Positions 44,582 through 54,352 of a DNA stretch of 64,000 nucleotides are shown one piece after another. This stretch comes from an uncultured delta proteobacterium. GTDB taxonomy: Bacteria; Myxococcota_A; Polyangia; Polyangiales; Polyangiaceae. Numbering within the stretch: position 1 is the first letter of the stretch; every line of letters begins with the position of its first letter. The stretch lies in NCBI GenBank assembly GCA_963850305.1, contig CAWKKR010000007.1, positions 960,001-1,024,000 on the forward strand, written 5' to 3'. A program made the translations under genes and the position numbers. The notes beneath the pieces were generated by a model. It had not been told where the DNA came from. It made no database searches and worked only from the letters and a program-made list of their open reading frames with translations.

Positions 44582-45592
44582 TCACTCGACCTGCTCGAAC
44601 CCGCGGATCTTGAGGACCTTGTTCACGAGCGCCTTGTCGAAGGTGCCGTACGCGAGACCCCGCACGACCTTCTTGAGCAGCGCCTCCCACTCGTCCCGCT
44701 CGGCCTGGGTCATCTTGACGAGCGTCATCTTCGTGAGGAGCCGGTCGTACGCCTCGGCGTCCAGCTTGCGGATGCGATCGAGCTGAACGCTCGAGGCTCG
44801 AGCCTGGAGCTCCTCGAACGTCTGCAGAAGGTCGGCCGGCAGGGATTCCAGCGTTCCGTTCCTGAAGACCATCCCGCCGATGGCGCAGACGCTCACCTGG
44901 TCGCTCACGTGGTCGAGATAAGGCGTCCACTGGAGTTGTTCGGCCGCGAGCGCCGGGGCATTGATCGAATCGATGCTTCCCGCGCGGAGCGCGGGCAAGA
45001 CTTCCATCGGATCGACGATCACCGGGACCACGCCGCCGATCGCGGAATACACAGCGGGCCCCATCGGCTCGTTGCGCCACGTCGCGGGGTGACGATTCTT
45101 GAGGTCCGTGGGACGGCGAATTTCGAACCCGTGGCTGAACTGGCGCACGAGACCGATGTCTCCCCAGCCGACGACCCGGAACCCGGCACGCTTGAGCCCC
45201 GCTTCGATGTCCGGCTGAAGCGCGTGGCGGACCTCGTCCAGCTGGGCCCAGGTGGTCATCACGCCAGGCATCTGGAGGACGAGCACGTCCCGGTAGATGT
45301 ACGAGAGCCCGACGGAGGTGAGAGCGGCGCCATCGAGCTCGCCGGTCTTCATCTTGCTGACCATGGCGTCCTCGCCACCCTGGACGCCGTTGAAGAACAT
45401 CTGCACGTCGAGCCGGCCGTCGGTCTTCTTCTCCAGTGCCCTTTCCCAGACGTCGTACACCTTGCCCCACGACGAATTCTTCGGCGCGAGGCTCGCTATA
45501 CGGAGCGTATGCTCGGCGGCGTGGGCTCGCGGCGCGAGCGTGATTCCGAGACCGAGAGCGGCGAGCGCGGCGAATCGAAGGAGGGGCTTCAT
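44582..45592 (-). CDS. dctP: TRAP transporter substrate-binding protein (DctP; TPAT/TatP-like)
   Basis: Signal peptide (AHA); TLRIASLAPKNSSW, GVQGGEDAMVSKMKTGELDG, IRRPTDLK, EVLPALRAGSID. Confidence 0.85.
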   Translation of the reverse strand: MKPLLRFAALAALGLGITLAPRAHAAEHTLRIASLAPKNSSWGKVYDVWERALEKKTDGRLDVQMFFNGVQGGEDAMVSKMKTGELDGAALTSVGLSYIYRDVLVLQMPGVMTTWAQLDEVRHALQPDIEAGLKRAGFRVVGWGDIGLVRQFSHGFEIRRPTDLKNRHPATWRNEPMGPAVYSAIGGVVPVIVDPMEVLPALRAGSIDSINAPALAAEQLQWTPYLDHVSDQVSVCAIGGMVFRNGTLESLPADLLQTFEELQARASSVQLDRIRKLDAEAYDRLLTKMTLVKMTQAERDEWEALLKKVVRGLAYGTFDKALVNKVLKIRGFEQVE

Positions 45593-45657
45593 GGCGGCAC
45601 GTAATGTGCCCGGTCGCCGGGCCCTTGTCGAGGGACGGATGAATCCGCCGTGCCGCG

Positions 45658-46101
45658 TCACGCAGCGGGACGCGGCACCGTGATGACCGGGACGTCGGAG
45701 TTCCTCACGACGCGCTCCGCGACGCTGCCGAGCAGCAAATGTTCGATCCCGGTGCGCCCGTGGGTCCCCATGACGATCAGGTCGGCCTGGACCTCGCTCA
45801 CGACTCGCAAGATTTCCTGGTACGGGATTCCTTCGCGCAGCGAGCCGTGGATCTCCACGTCGTGCTCGCGCTTTGCCCTGGCGAGAAACTCGTCGAACGC
45901 TTTCTGGCTCTGATCCCGGAACTGCCCCACGACGATCGGCCCCGGCAAGAGCGGCGGCGCCACGAAGGCGCTCGCCGGGTAGACGTGGACGAGATGGAGG
46001 GACGCGCCGAAGCTCCGCGCGAAGCCAGTCGCATAGGCTAGGGCACGCTCCGAGTGCTCCGAGAAGTCGACTGGAACCAGGACTTTTTCCACCTTCGGCA
46101 T
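45658..46101 (-). CDS. Universal stress protein (UspA family)
   Basis: [22 protein letters not shown]...LLGSVAERVVR. Confidence 0.95.
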   Translation of the reverse strand: MPKVEKVLVPVDFSEHSERALAYATGFARSFGASLHLVHVYPASAFVAPPLLPGPIVVGQFRDQSQKAFDEFLARAKREHDVEIHGSLREGIPYQEILRVVSEVQADLIVMGTHGRTGIEHLLLGSVAERVVRNSDVPVITVPRPAA

Positions 46102-46223
46102 TGGATCCTCGTTGGGCTCGTCGTGTCTTTCGCAAGTCGCGAGCCCGGCCAGCCCGGTCGCGGCTCTACCAGTCCATCATAGCCGGCTCGTCGAACCGCG
46201 TCGGTGCCGGAGACGCCTCGCGG

Positions 46224-47321
46224 TCAAGGACCCGGAAGTTCGGGGAAAGCCTCTGCGACGTCGGCGTTGACGATGCGCCCCTTGTGCAGATTCAGTGCCG
46301 ACGCGCGTCCACGGTCCTGGGCGACGAACGCTTCCGGACCGATGCGGGCCAGCTGCCGCACGTAAGGCAGCGTCGCGTTGCACAGGGCGTGCGTGCTGGT
46401 GCGGCCGACGGCGCCCGGCATGTTACCGACGCAGTAATGCACCACGCCGTGCACGACGTAAACCGGATCATGGTGCGTCGTGGGACGCGACGTCTCGACG
46501 CAGCCGCCCTGGTCGATGCACACGTCGACGATCACCGCGCCCGGTTTCATCTTCGCGACTATCTCGGCGGTCACGAGCCGGGGTGCGCGTCGACCAGGGA
46601 CGAGAACCGCACCGACGACGAGATCGGCTCGCTCCGTGTAGGCGGCGATGGCGTGGGGGTCCGAGTACACGGTCGTGACGTTCGCGGGCATCAACGCATC
46701 GAGGTCCCGGAGCCGATCCAGATTCACGTCCATGAGGACGACGTTGGCACCCATGCCTGCGGCGATGCGCGCGGCGTTGGTTCCCACCACTCCCGCGCCG
46801 AGCACCACGACGTTGGCCGGTTCGACGCCGGGAACGCCGCCGAGCAGCACTCCGCGCCCGAGCATCGGCGTCTCCAGGTGTTTGGCGCCCTCCTGGATGG
46901 CCATGCGCCCGGCGACCTCGCTCATCGGCGTGAGCAGTGGCAGGCGGCCGAGGGGGTCGGTGAGCGTCTCGTACGCGATGGCCGTGTAACCCGAAGCGAG
47001 CGAGCGCTCGGTGAGGGCGCGCGACGCTGCGAAGTGAAAATAGCCGAAGACCGTGTGCCGCGGCTGCAGACGGTCGAGTTCCGACGCCAGCGGCTCCTTC
47101 ACCTTGACGATGAGCTCCGCTTGTTCGAAGACGGCTTCGGGCCCGTCGACGATGCGCGCTCCGGCGCGCTCATAGTCGTCGTCGGAGTGGCCGCTGCCGC
47201 GCCCGGCCCCGCGCTCGATGAACACCGAGTGGCCATCATGCGCGAGCAAATCGGCCCCAACGGGGCGAAGTGCCACGCGATATTCGTCGTCTTTGATCTC
47301 CTTCGGAACACCGACTCTCAT
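46224..47321 (-). CDS. ald: Alanine dehydrogenase
   Basis: [66 protein letters not shown]. Confidence 0.96.
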   Translation of the reverse strand: MRVGVPKEIKDDEYRVALRPVGADLLAHDGHSVFIERGAGRGSGHSDDDYERAGARIVDGPEAVFEQAELIVKVKEPLASELDRLQPRHTVFGYFHFAASRALTERSLASGYTAIAYETLTDPLGRLPLLTPMSEVAGRMAIQEGAKHLETPMLGRGVLLGGVPGVEPANVVVLGAGVVGTNAARIAAGMGANVVLMDVNLDRLRDLDALMPANVTTVYSDPHAIAAYTERADLVVGAVLVPGRRAPRLVTAEIVAKMKPGAVIVDVCIDQGGCVETSRPTTHHDPVYVVHGVVHYCVGNMPGAVGRTSTHALCNATLPYVRQLARIGPEAFVAQDRGRASALNLHKGRIVNADVAEAFPELPGP

Positions 47322-47345
47322 GAAGCGGAGCCTCCGAGAGGAGCA

Positions 47346-47361
47346 TGGCACGGGCGTTGCT
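47346..47361 (+). promoter_or_regulatory. sigma54 (-24/-12) promoter of hsp20-usp
   Basis: TGGCAC-GGGCG-TTGCT matches the consensus TGGCAC-N5-TTGCW; about 55 bp upstream of ATG 47415. Confidence 0.8.
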
Positions 47362-47414
47362 CGTGGACGAGCGCCAGCCGGAAGAGCTGGGGACACTTAA
47401 CGGAGGAGTCACGC

Positions 47415-47933
47415 ATGGCAAATGTCGCGGTCGTCAAGGGCAATGGTGAGCGCGCGCATCGCGCGCCGCTCGCGCGGGCTCGGCAGCGTAACGAAGAAGA
47501 GGCGCGGGAAGTCGCCTGGGACCCGCTCCGCACGGTGAAGGAGTTCATGCGGATGGACCCCGGGGAAGGGCTGCTCGCACCGCTGTGGGACAAGGTCTCT
47601 TCGTCGTTCGTTCCCGCCTTCGACGTGCGCGAGACCAAGGAAGCATTCGAGTATCGCGCCGACGTTCCGGGCGTCGATCCGAAGGACCTGGACGTTCGTG
47701 TCACCGCGGATCGTCTCATCGTCACTGGCAAACGCACGGCCGAGAAATCCGAGCACGGGGACACGTACTACACTTACGAACGCTCGTACGGCTCCTTCAC
47801 GCGGAAATTCAGGGTGCCGGATGGAGCAGAGCCCGACGCGGTTCAAGCGCGGCTCAAGGACGGCGTTCTCAGGATCGTGCTTCCCAAGAAGCCGGAAGCA
47901 AAGCCGCGCCACGTGCCCGTGAAGAGCATCTGA
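47415..47933 (+). CDS. Hsp20/alpha-crystallin small heat-shock protein
   Basis: GGAGGAG RBS; WDPL, FVPAFDVRETKE, ADVPG, ERSYGSFTR, A.LKDGVL.I.LPK, C-terminal VPV. Confidence 0.93.
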   Translation: MANVAVVKGNGERAHRAPLARARQRNEEEAREVAWDPLRTVKEFMRMDPGEGLLAPLWDKVSSSFVPAFDVRETKEAFEYRADVPGVDPKDLDVRVTADRLIVTGKRTAEKSEHGDTYYTYERSYGSFTRKFRVPDGAEPDAVQARLKDGVLRIVLPKKPEAKPRHVPVKSI

Positions 47934-47969
47934 GCCAGGCTCCGAGGAGCTCGGCGCGAGTTTCGGGAC

Positions 47970-48437
47970 ATGGACAGCGGCTTTCACGTTCGAAGGATTC
48001 TCGCCCCCGTAGATTTTTCGCCGTCCTCTCGGCTGGCCTTCGAATGCGCGCTCGCCCTTGCAGAGCGGTTTGGTGCGGGCATTCACGTGCTGCATGCGTG
48101 GGAAATCCCCGTCTATCTGCGGCCCGATCTCACCGTGTGGTCCGGCGAGGTGAGCGCGACGCTCGCGGATCATACGCGCGACGAGGCGGAGCGTGGCCTG
48201 CGGGCGTTTCTGTCGCAGGGGGCCGGCGCCGGACGCGCGCGTCTGACGTCCGAGGTCGCCGGGGGATCGCCGTACGCGGTCATCATGGACGCGGCAAAGC
48301 ACGGCCAATTCGACCTGATCGCGATGGGCACGCACGGACGGACGGGGCTATCGCACCTCGTCCTCGGGAGCGTCGCGGAGAAGGTCGTTCGGCACGCGCA
48401 CTGTCCGGTGCTGACGGTGCGCGAGAGAGTCGGATAG
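47970..48437 (+). CDS. Universal stress protein (UspA family)
   Basis: [21 protein letters not shown]...[20 protein letters not shown]. Confidence 0.95.
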   Translation: MDSGFHVRRILAPVDFSPSSRLAFECALALAERFGAGIHVLHAWEIPVYLRPDLTVWSGEVSATLADHTRDEAERGLRAFLSQGAGAGRARLTSEVAGGSPYAVIMDAAKHGQFDLIAMGTHGRTGLSHLVLGSVAEKVVRHAHCPVLTVRERVG

Positions 48438-49889
48438 TCCCGAGGGCAAGGTGTCTCCGGGTCGCTCCGGGTCAGGACTGTCGAACGCGGAGGGAGCCGG
48501 GGTTTTTCGGTCCGAATGAACCGCCGGAACGCGACTCTTCGGAGCCGCACCGAACTCTTGCAGCTTGTATTGGATCTTGCGGACGCTGATTCCGAGGACA
48601 TCCGCGGCCTTCGTAGTGGAGCCCGCGTTCACCTCGAGAGTCTTCAGGATCGCGTAACGCTCGATATCGGCCATCGTTGAACCCGGGATCTTGGGGCCTA
48701 TCTGCTCCCGGGGTAAGGGAGACACGTCTGGCGGGAGGTGTTCGACGTCGATGGCGTTCCGGTCGCAAAGGACCACCGCTCGTTCGATCACGTTCTCGAG
48801 CTCGCGCACGTTGCCCGGCCACCCGTAGCCGATGATTCGCTCGAGCGCGGCGTCCGAGAATCGGTCGATCGTCTTTTCGTTTTCCTGGGAGTATTTGTGC
48901 AAAAAATGCATCGAGATGAGGGGAATATCCGAGGTCCGTTCGCGGAGCGCCGGCATCCGGACGTTCACGACGTTGAGCCGGTAGTAAAGGTCTTCCCGAA
49001 ACGTCCCCGCGCTCACCATCGTTTTCAGATCGCGATTGGTGGCCGCGATGAGGCGCACGTCGACCTGAACCGTCTGGTTGCCTCCCACGCGCTCGAACTC
49101 GCGCTCCTGGAGCACTCGCAACAGCTTCACCTGTGTCGCGGGCGAGATTTCGCTGATCTCGTCCAGAAACAAGGTTCCCGAGTTGGCGTTCTCGAACCGT
49201 CCCTCGCGGCGTCGCTCGGCCCCCGTGAACGCGCCGCGTTCGTGCCCGAACAGTTCGCTCTCGAGCAGGTTCTCGGCGAGCGCCGCGCAATGAAGCTTCA
49301 CGAAGGGCCCGGTTGCCCGCGGTGAGCGATGATGTATCGCGGCGGCGACCAGTTCCTTGCCAGTGCCGGACTCTCCCGTGATGAGGATGGTGGCGCGACT
49401 CTGTGCCACCTGGGCGATCGTCTTGAAGACCTGCTGCATCTCCGGAGACGAACCGATGATGTTCTCGAATCGGTACCGCTCGTTCAGGCGATCGCGGAGA
49501 TCTTTCGTTTCGCGGCGAAGCTTCTGTCGCTCGAGCTCGCGTTCGATCACGATGAGCAGCTCGTCGGTGTTCAGCGGCTTGGTCAGGTAATCCGATGCTC
49601 CGGCGCGCATGGCGGCCACGGCGGTATCGACCGCGCCGAAAGCCGTCATCACGATCACGCCGACGTCGCGGTCCGTTGCGCGGACCTTTCCCATGAACTC
49701 GATGCCGTCCATCCCCGGCATCTTCAGATCGGTCAGGACGAGGTCAGCGGCAAAGTCCTCCAGTTTTCCCAGCGCCTTGAAGCCGTCGGCGGCCGTCTCC
49801 ACGGAATAGCGCTCCTCCCGCAGGATCTCGGCGAGCGCGTTGCGCGCGTTGGCTTCGTCGTCGACTACGAGTACGCGGGCACGGGTCAC
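48348..49889 (-). CDS. NtrC-family sigma54-dependent response regulator
   Basis: [48 protein letters not shown], Fis HTH. The last ~30 codons overlap the convergent usp, so the 3' end is uncertain. Confidence 0.93.
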   Translation of the reverse strand: MTRARVLVVDDEANARNALAEILREERYSVETAADGFKALGKLEDFAADLVLTDLKMPGMDGIEFMGKVRATDRDVGVIVMTAFGAVDTAVAAMRAGASDYLTKPLNTDELLIVIERELERQKLRRETKDLRDRLNERYRFENIIGSSPEMQQVFKTIAQVAQSRATILITGESGTGKELVAAAIHHRSPRATGPFVKLHCAALAENLLESELFGHERGAFTGAERRREGRFENANSGTLFLDEISEISPATQVKLLRVLQEREFERVGGNQTVQVDVRLIAATNRDLKTMVSAGTFREDLYYRLNVVNVRMPALRERTSDIPLISMHFLHKYSQENEKTIDRFSDAALERIIGYGWPGNVRELENVIERAVVLCDRNAIDVEHLPPDVSPLPREQIGPKIPGSTMADIERYAILKTLEVNAGSTTKAADVLGISVRKIQYKLQEFGAAPKSRVPAVHSDRKTPAPSAFDSPDPERPGDTLPSGLSDSLAHRQHRTVRVPNDLLRDAPEDEVR

Positions 49890-49934
49890 GGGTCACCAAC
49901 CAGTGTGAAGGCCAATTCAACCTGCAGGGCAACA

Positions 49935-49950
49935 AGCACGAAATGTGCCG
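49935..49950 (-). promoter_or_regulatory. Possible sigma54 promoter of the NtrC-type regulator
   Basis: CGGCAC-ATTTC-GTGCT on the minus strand with correct GG-N10-GC spacing, 45 bp upstream of the GTG. Confidence 0.45.
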
Positions 49951-50093
49951 GCCGGTCCGACGAAACGAGCATACCGTCGGATGCCCCAAACGCGGGTCGC
50001 GCCACGCGGTCGATATTGAAGATCGTCGGCCCCGGACGCAAGGAGTTCGACGCGTCGCGCCCCGCGGCGCAATAACTGCGCATTCTGCGCGGG

Positions 50094-51503
50094 CTAGGAC
50101 GACGGTTGCGGCAGGCTCACCGAGAAGAGCGTTCGCCCGGGCCGTGACTCGACCTGAATACTGCCGCCGTGCTCCGAGATGATGCTGTGCACGAGCGAGA
50201 GCCCAAGCCCGGTACCGCGTTCCTTCGTCGTGTAGAACGCGTCGAAGATCGGTGCGGTCTCGGGAAACCCAGGGCCCGTGTCCTCGACCTCCACTCGGAC
50301 GAATCCACGGACGTCCGCACCGTGGGAGCTCACCACGAGGCGGCCGCCGCCTTCCATCGCTTCGATTCCGTTTCGGACGATATTCAAGAACACCTGCCGG
50401 AGCCGTTCCTCGTCCGCGTGAATGCGTCCAACCGTTGGCTCCAGCGCGTTCTCGAGAGCGACTCCTGCAGTCTCGCATTCGGGGCGCACGAGGTGAACGA
50501 CGCCTGCGAGGATGTCATTCAATGCCACGGGGCGGAGATTCAACGGCATCGGTCGCGCGAACGCGAGAAATTCGCTCACGAGTCGGTCGAGCCTCCGGAT
50601 CTCGTTGTGAACGATGTTGACGCCGTTCTGAATCGCGTCGGGCCGCGCGTCACCGCGCGCGAGCCGCCGCTCGATCACCTGAAGCTGCAGCGAAGCCGAG
50701 TTGAGCGGATTTCGAACCTCGTGCGCCAGGCCCGCCGCCAGCGTCCCCATGGCGACGAGACGTTCGGTGCGCGCCGCGTGACGCTGGGCCTCCCTTTCTT
50801 CCGTCACGTCGACGCCGACCGCGAACGTCAGCGGCGGCTCGTTCGGTGAAACGGTCACCTCCGATCGGCGCCACCGAACCAGCCGATGGCCGCCACGCTT
50901 CAGCGGCAGCCGGAGGTCTCGATCCACGCCCCCGATCAGGCCGACGCCCCGCTCGCCGATCATTTCGTCGCGGGAGAAGCCCGTTACCTGCTCCAGTTGA
51001 CGGTTCCAGAGAGCGACGTTTCCGTGACCATCGAGGGCGACCACGAAGGCCGGAACGCTCTCGAGCATGTTTCGATGGCGTCGCTCGGATTGCTCGAGCT
51101 TGAGCTCGAGCGCGTGGTGTTCCCGGAGAAGGTGCGCTCGTTCAATCGCGCGCGCGACCTTTTCCAGCAGCTCGTTGGTGGAGAACGGCTTGAGGACGTA
51201 GCTGAACGCCCCGCGATCGATCGCTCCGATCGCACTCTCGATGGAAGCGTCTCCAGTGACGATCACCACTTGAACGAACGGCGCTCGCTCTCTCAGATCG
51301 CCTATGAGCTCGACGCCGTCAGCATCCGGTAGATGGAGATCCACGAGCGCGACATCGAGGTCACTCTCTGTTGCGGCGCACGCATCTGCCCCAGTCGTGG
51401 CCATGCGGCAGACGAGGTCGGGTACGCCGGCGCGCAGTTCCTCGACGATGCGGTCCGCCAGGGGCCGCTGATCTTCGACTACCAGCGCTTTGCTCGGGGC
51501 CAT
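50094..51503 (-). CDS. Cytoplasmic hybrid sensor histidine kinase (REC-PAS-HisKA-HATPase)
   Basis: LVVEDQ, VDLHLPD; PAS (WNRQLEQVTGFSRDEMIG); AHEVRNPL; NIVRNG, DTGPG, FYTTK..GTGLGL; no TM segment. Confidence 0.92.
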   Translation of the reverse strand: MAPSKALVVEDQRPLADRIVEELRAGVPDLVCRMATTGADACAATESDLDVALVDLHLPDADGVELIGDLRERAPFVQVVIVTGDASIESAIGAIDRGAFSYVLKPFSTNELLEKVARAIERAHLLREHHALELKLEQSERRHRNMLESVPAFVVALDGHGNVALWNRQLEQVTGFSRDEMIGERGVGLIGGVDRDLRLPLKRGGHRLVRWRRSEVTVSPNEPPLTFAVGVDVTEEREAQRHAARTERLVAMGTLAAGLAHEVRNPLNSASLQLQVIERRLARGDARPDAIQNGVNIVHNEIRRLDRLVSEFLAFARPMPLNLRPVALNDILAGVVHLVRPECETAGVALENALEPTVGRIHADEERLRQVFLNIVRNGIEAMEGGGRLVVSSHGADVRGFVRVEVEDTGPGFPETAPIFDAFYTTKERGTGLGLSLVHSIISEHGGSIQVESRPGRTLFSVSLPQPSS

Positions 51504-51769
51504 CGTGCGCGTTTTCGCGACCCAAGGCCGCTCGTCAATCCTGGCGAAAGGCACTCGATGGATCACGACTTTTCTTCTGCGGGAGCAGCCGCCGAATGCA
51601 TTTCGGTCAATAGGTCCGAAAAAACGATGAGGGGCTCCGCGCTTGATACTGGCCACGGAGAAGTGAGCTTTTCACTCAGAGTATCCTCGTGTCGCCTCGT
51701 CGCAAGGCCGCAGGCTCGGTGCCACGGCCCCCCGGGTCTTTGGCGAGGAGCCTTCCCGCTTGTCTCCGG

Positions 51770-51843
51770 TCGGGGCGGGGAGATTCGAACTCCCGACCTC
51801 ACGGACCCGAACCGTGCGCGCTACCAAACTGCGCTACGCCCCG
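51770..51843 (-). tRNA. tRNA-Pro (CGG)
   Basis: CGGGGCGTAGCGCAGTTTGGTAGCGC...CACGG-TTCGGGT-CCGTG...GTTCGAATC...CGCCCCG-A; followed by CCG rather than CCA. Confidence 0.95.
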
Positions 51844-51870
51844 GAGGTTTCTCGTCGCGGTGGGCGCGGG

Positions 51871-51899
51871 ACAATGGGCTTTGAGGCGCCGCGTGTCAA
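51871..51899 (-). promoter_or_regulatory. Putative sigma70 promoter of tRNA-Pro
   Basis: TTGACA-N17-CATTGT plus GC-rich discriminator. Confidence 0.55.
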
Positions 51900-51929
51900 G
51901 GGCTGTGGTAGTGGTGCGCGGAGCCGAAA

Positions 51930-53534
51930 ATGGCCCTCGTCACTGACTACCTGGTGCTCGGCAGCGGCGTCGCTGGGCTTTCTTTCGCACTCACGGCGGC
52001 GAGGTGCGGCGAAGTCACGGTCGTGACCAAGCGCGATCGCGACGATTCTGCGACGCAATGGGCTCAGGGAGGGGTGGCGGCGGTTCTGGCCCCCGATGAC
52101 TCCTTTGCACGTCACGCGCAGGATACCCGCGAAGCTGGCGCGGGCCTCTGTCATGAGGTCGTGGTGGACCTGTGCGTACGCGAGGCGCCGGACGCGATCC
52201 GGTGGCTCACCGAGGTGGGAGCCGCGTTCTCGCTATCGGGGGAGGGCACGCTCGATCTCGGCAGGGAGGGGGGACACACGGCGCGTCGGATCGTCCATGC
52301 CGGGGACATCACGGGCCGGGAGCTCCAGCGAGCGCTCTCCGCGGAAGTCGCGCGCCACCCGAACATCCGCGTGCTCGACTGGCACATGGGGGTGGATCTG
52401 ATCACCCTGAGCAAGTTCGGCGGACCCGACTATTGCGCGGGCGCGTACGTCCTGGACGAAAAGGGCGGCGCCGTCGAAAAGATCTTGTCGCGGGCCACCG
52501 TGCTCGCGACGGGGGGAGCCGGCAAGGTCTACCTCATCACGACGAACCCGGACGTTGCCACCGGAGACGGCGTCGCGATGGCCTACCGAGCGGGTGCCGA
52601 GATCGCGAACATGGAATTTTATCAATTCCATCCGACGTGCCTCTTTCATCCCTCGGCAAAGAATTTTCTCCTGAGCGAGGCCATGCGAGGCGAAGGTGCC
52701 GTGCTGCGGCTGCCCACCGGAGAAGCTTTCATGAAGCGGCATCACGAGATGGGCGATCTCGCTCCTCGCGACGTGGTGGCGCGCGCCATAGACTACGAGA
52801 TGAAGCGCACGGGTTCCGAGTTCATGCTGCTCGACATGACGTCGAAGAGCCCGGATTTCGTGCGTGAGCGCTTCCCGAACATCCACGCCGAGTGTCTCGG
52901 CCTGGGCTTCGACATCACGACGACCCCGATCCCGATCGTTCCCGCGGCGCATTACATGTGCGGCGGCGTGACGTCGGATCTTCACGGTCGCTCGTCGCTT
53001 CCCGGTCTCTGGGTCATCGGTGAGACGGCGTGCACGGGCCTTCACGGCGCCAACCGTCTGGCGTCGAACTCCCTTCTCGAAGGGTTGGTCTTCGGGCGCC
53101 GCGCGGCGCTGAAGCTCGCGCAAGACGAGCCGCGCGGGGCGTGGCCCGTTCCCGACGTCCCCGATTGGGAGACAGGCTCCGCCGTGCAGAGCGACGAGGC
53201 CGTGGTCGTCACGCACAACTGGGACGAGATCCGCCGGTTGATGTGGAACTACGTCGGCATCGTGCGGAGCACGGCACGGCTCCGCCGAGCCTCGCGCCGC
53301 GTGGCCCTGCTGGAAGAAGAGATCCGCGGCTATTACTGGAAGCACCTAGTCACGCGTGACTTGCTCGAGCTCAGGAACATCGCGCTGGTCGCGGAGCTGA
53401 TCATCGCGTCGGCCGCGACGCGGCACGAGAGCCGCGGGCTGCACTTCACCATCGACTATCCCGAAACCGACGAACACTACGCCTCCGACACGGTCGCGAA
53501 GCGAGGCGTCGCACCACACCTCCGTCGCTCGTGA
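51930..53534 (+). CDS. nadB: L-aspartate oxidase
   Basis: VLGSGVAGL, WAQGGVAAV, REGGHTARRIVHAGD, QFHPT, PAAHYMCGG, GLHGANRLASNSLLEG, ESRGLH. Confidence 0.96.
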   Translation: MALVTDYLVLGSGVAGLSFALTAARCGEVTVVTKRDRDDSATQWAQGGVAAVLAPDDSFARHAQDTREAGAGLCHEVVVDLCVREAPDAIRWLTEVGAAFSLSGEGTLDLGREGGHTARRIVHAGDITGRELQRALSAEVARHPNIRVLDWHMGVDLITLSKFGGPDYCAGAYVLDEKGGAVEKILSRATVLATGGAGKVYLITTNPDVATGDGVAMAYRAGAEIANMEFYQFHPTCLFHPSAKNFLLSEAMRGEGAVLRLPTGEAFMKRHHEMGDLAPRDVVARAIDYEMKRTGSEFMLLDMTSKSPDFVRERFPNIHAECLGLGFDITTTPIPIVPAAHYMCGGVTSDLHGRSSLPGLWVIGETACTGLHGANRLASNSLLEGLVFGRRAALKLAQDEPRGAWPVPDVPDWETGSAVQSDEAVVVTHNWDEIRRLMWNYVGIVRSTARLRRASRRVALLEEEIRGYYWKHLVTRDLLELRNIALVAELIIASAATRHESRGLHFTIDYPETDEHYASDTVAKRGVAPHLRRS

Positions 53535-54352
53535 CCCAGAAGCTCCCCTTCAGCTATTGGCTCGCCGTTGGCTGGACGCTGGGCGCGGCCTCATGCCTTC
53601 TGTGGTTGCTCCAACTCTCGGTTGCTCTGAGACCTTCGTCGGCGAACGATGTGGTCCAGCTCGGCGCCATCGAGGCCCTCGTGTTCGTCACCGGCGTGCT
53701 CGGCGTGCTCTTCGTGCATGGCAAGGAGACGACCTTGACCGCGTCGCTCGGGATTCGCCCGACGCATCCAGCACTGTTCTTGCTCGCCATCGCACTCGGC
53801 ATCGTCGCCCATTTCCCGGCCGAATCCGTCGATTCGCTCGTCGCGAAATTTTTCCCGGAGTCTGCCGCGGATCTGCTCGCCGAATCGACCCTCCTGGCGG
53901 CTGGGTCGTCGCTGAGGCTCGTAGTCGTCTTGCTCGTGGTCGCCTGCGTCGGTCCTCTAGTCGAAGAGCTATTCTTCCGGGGAGCGATCTTCGGCGCTCT
54001 CCGGCAAAGTCATTCGCTCGCCGGTACGGCTTCCGTCACGGCCATCTGCTTCGTGATTGGACATCTGAATTTCCGGAAGTGGCCCGCCCTCATCGTCGTG
54101 GCGTTCGCGCTCACCTATCTACGCGCCGCGAGCGGTTCTCTATTGCCGTCGCTGGCGATGCACGTCGTGTTCAATGCCGTGAGCGTCCTCGCGTTTTTCT
54201 TGGGAGATGTGTCGCCTGCCAAGGGCCGGTCCCTCAGCGTCACCCAGGGGGTCCTCGGTACGCTGGGCACCGTCGCAGTTCTCCTCGTGGTCCGCTTCGT
54301 CGCAAACCGCGCGCCCTCCGCGCAACTCGCGCGTGCGGAGGACACACAATGA
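53531..54352 (+). CDS. CPBP (CAAX/Abi) family intramembrane metalloprotease
   Basis: PLVEELFFRG, FVIGH, SLAMHVVFN; multiple TM helices. Confidence 0.9.
   Translation: MTQKLPFSYWLAVGWTLGAASCLLWLLQLSVALRPSSANDVVQLGAIEALVFVTGVLGVLFVHGKETTLTASLGIRPTHPALFLLAIALGIVAHFPAESVDSLVAKFFPESAADLLAESTLLAAGSSLRLVVVLLVVACVGPLVEELFFRGAIFGALRQSHSLAGTASVTAICFVIGHLNFRKWPALIVVAFALTYLRAASGSLLPSLAMHVVFNAVSVLAFFLGDVSPAKGRSLSVTQGVLGTLGTVAVLLVVRFVANRAPSAQLARAEDTQ

Noticed and set aside
45873..47414. Long N-terminal extension of Hsp20 (686-aa ORF)
   Set aside because: Antisense shadow of ald and usp; RBS and sigma54 promoter support the start at 47415.
51709..51724. sigma54-like TGGCAC-CGAGC-CTGCG upstream of the hybrid kinase
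   Set aside because: Spacing is correct, but the -12 match is weak and it lies ~200 bp from the start; not enough support.
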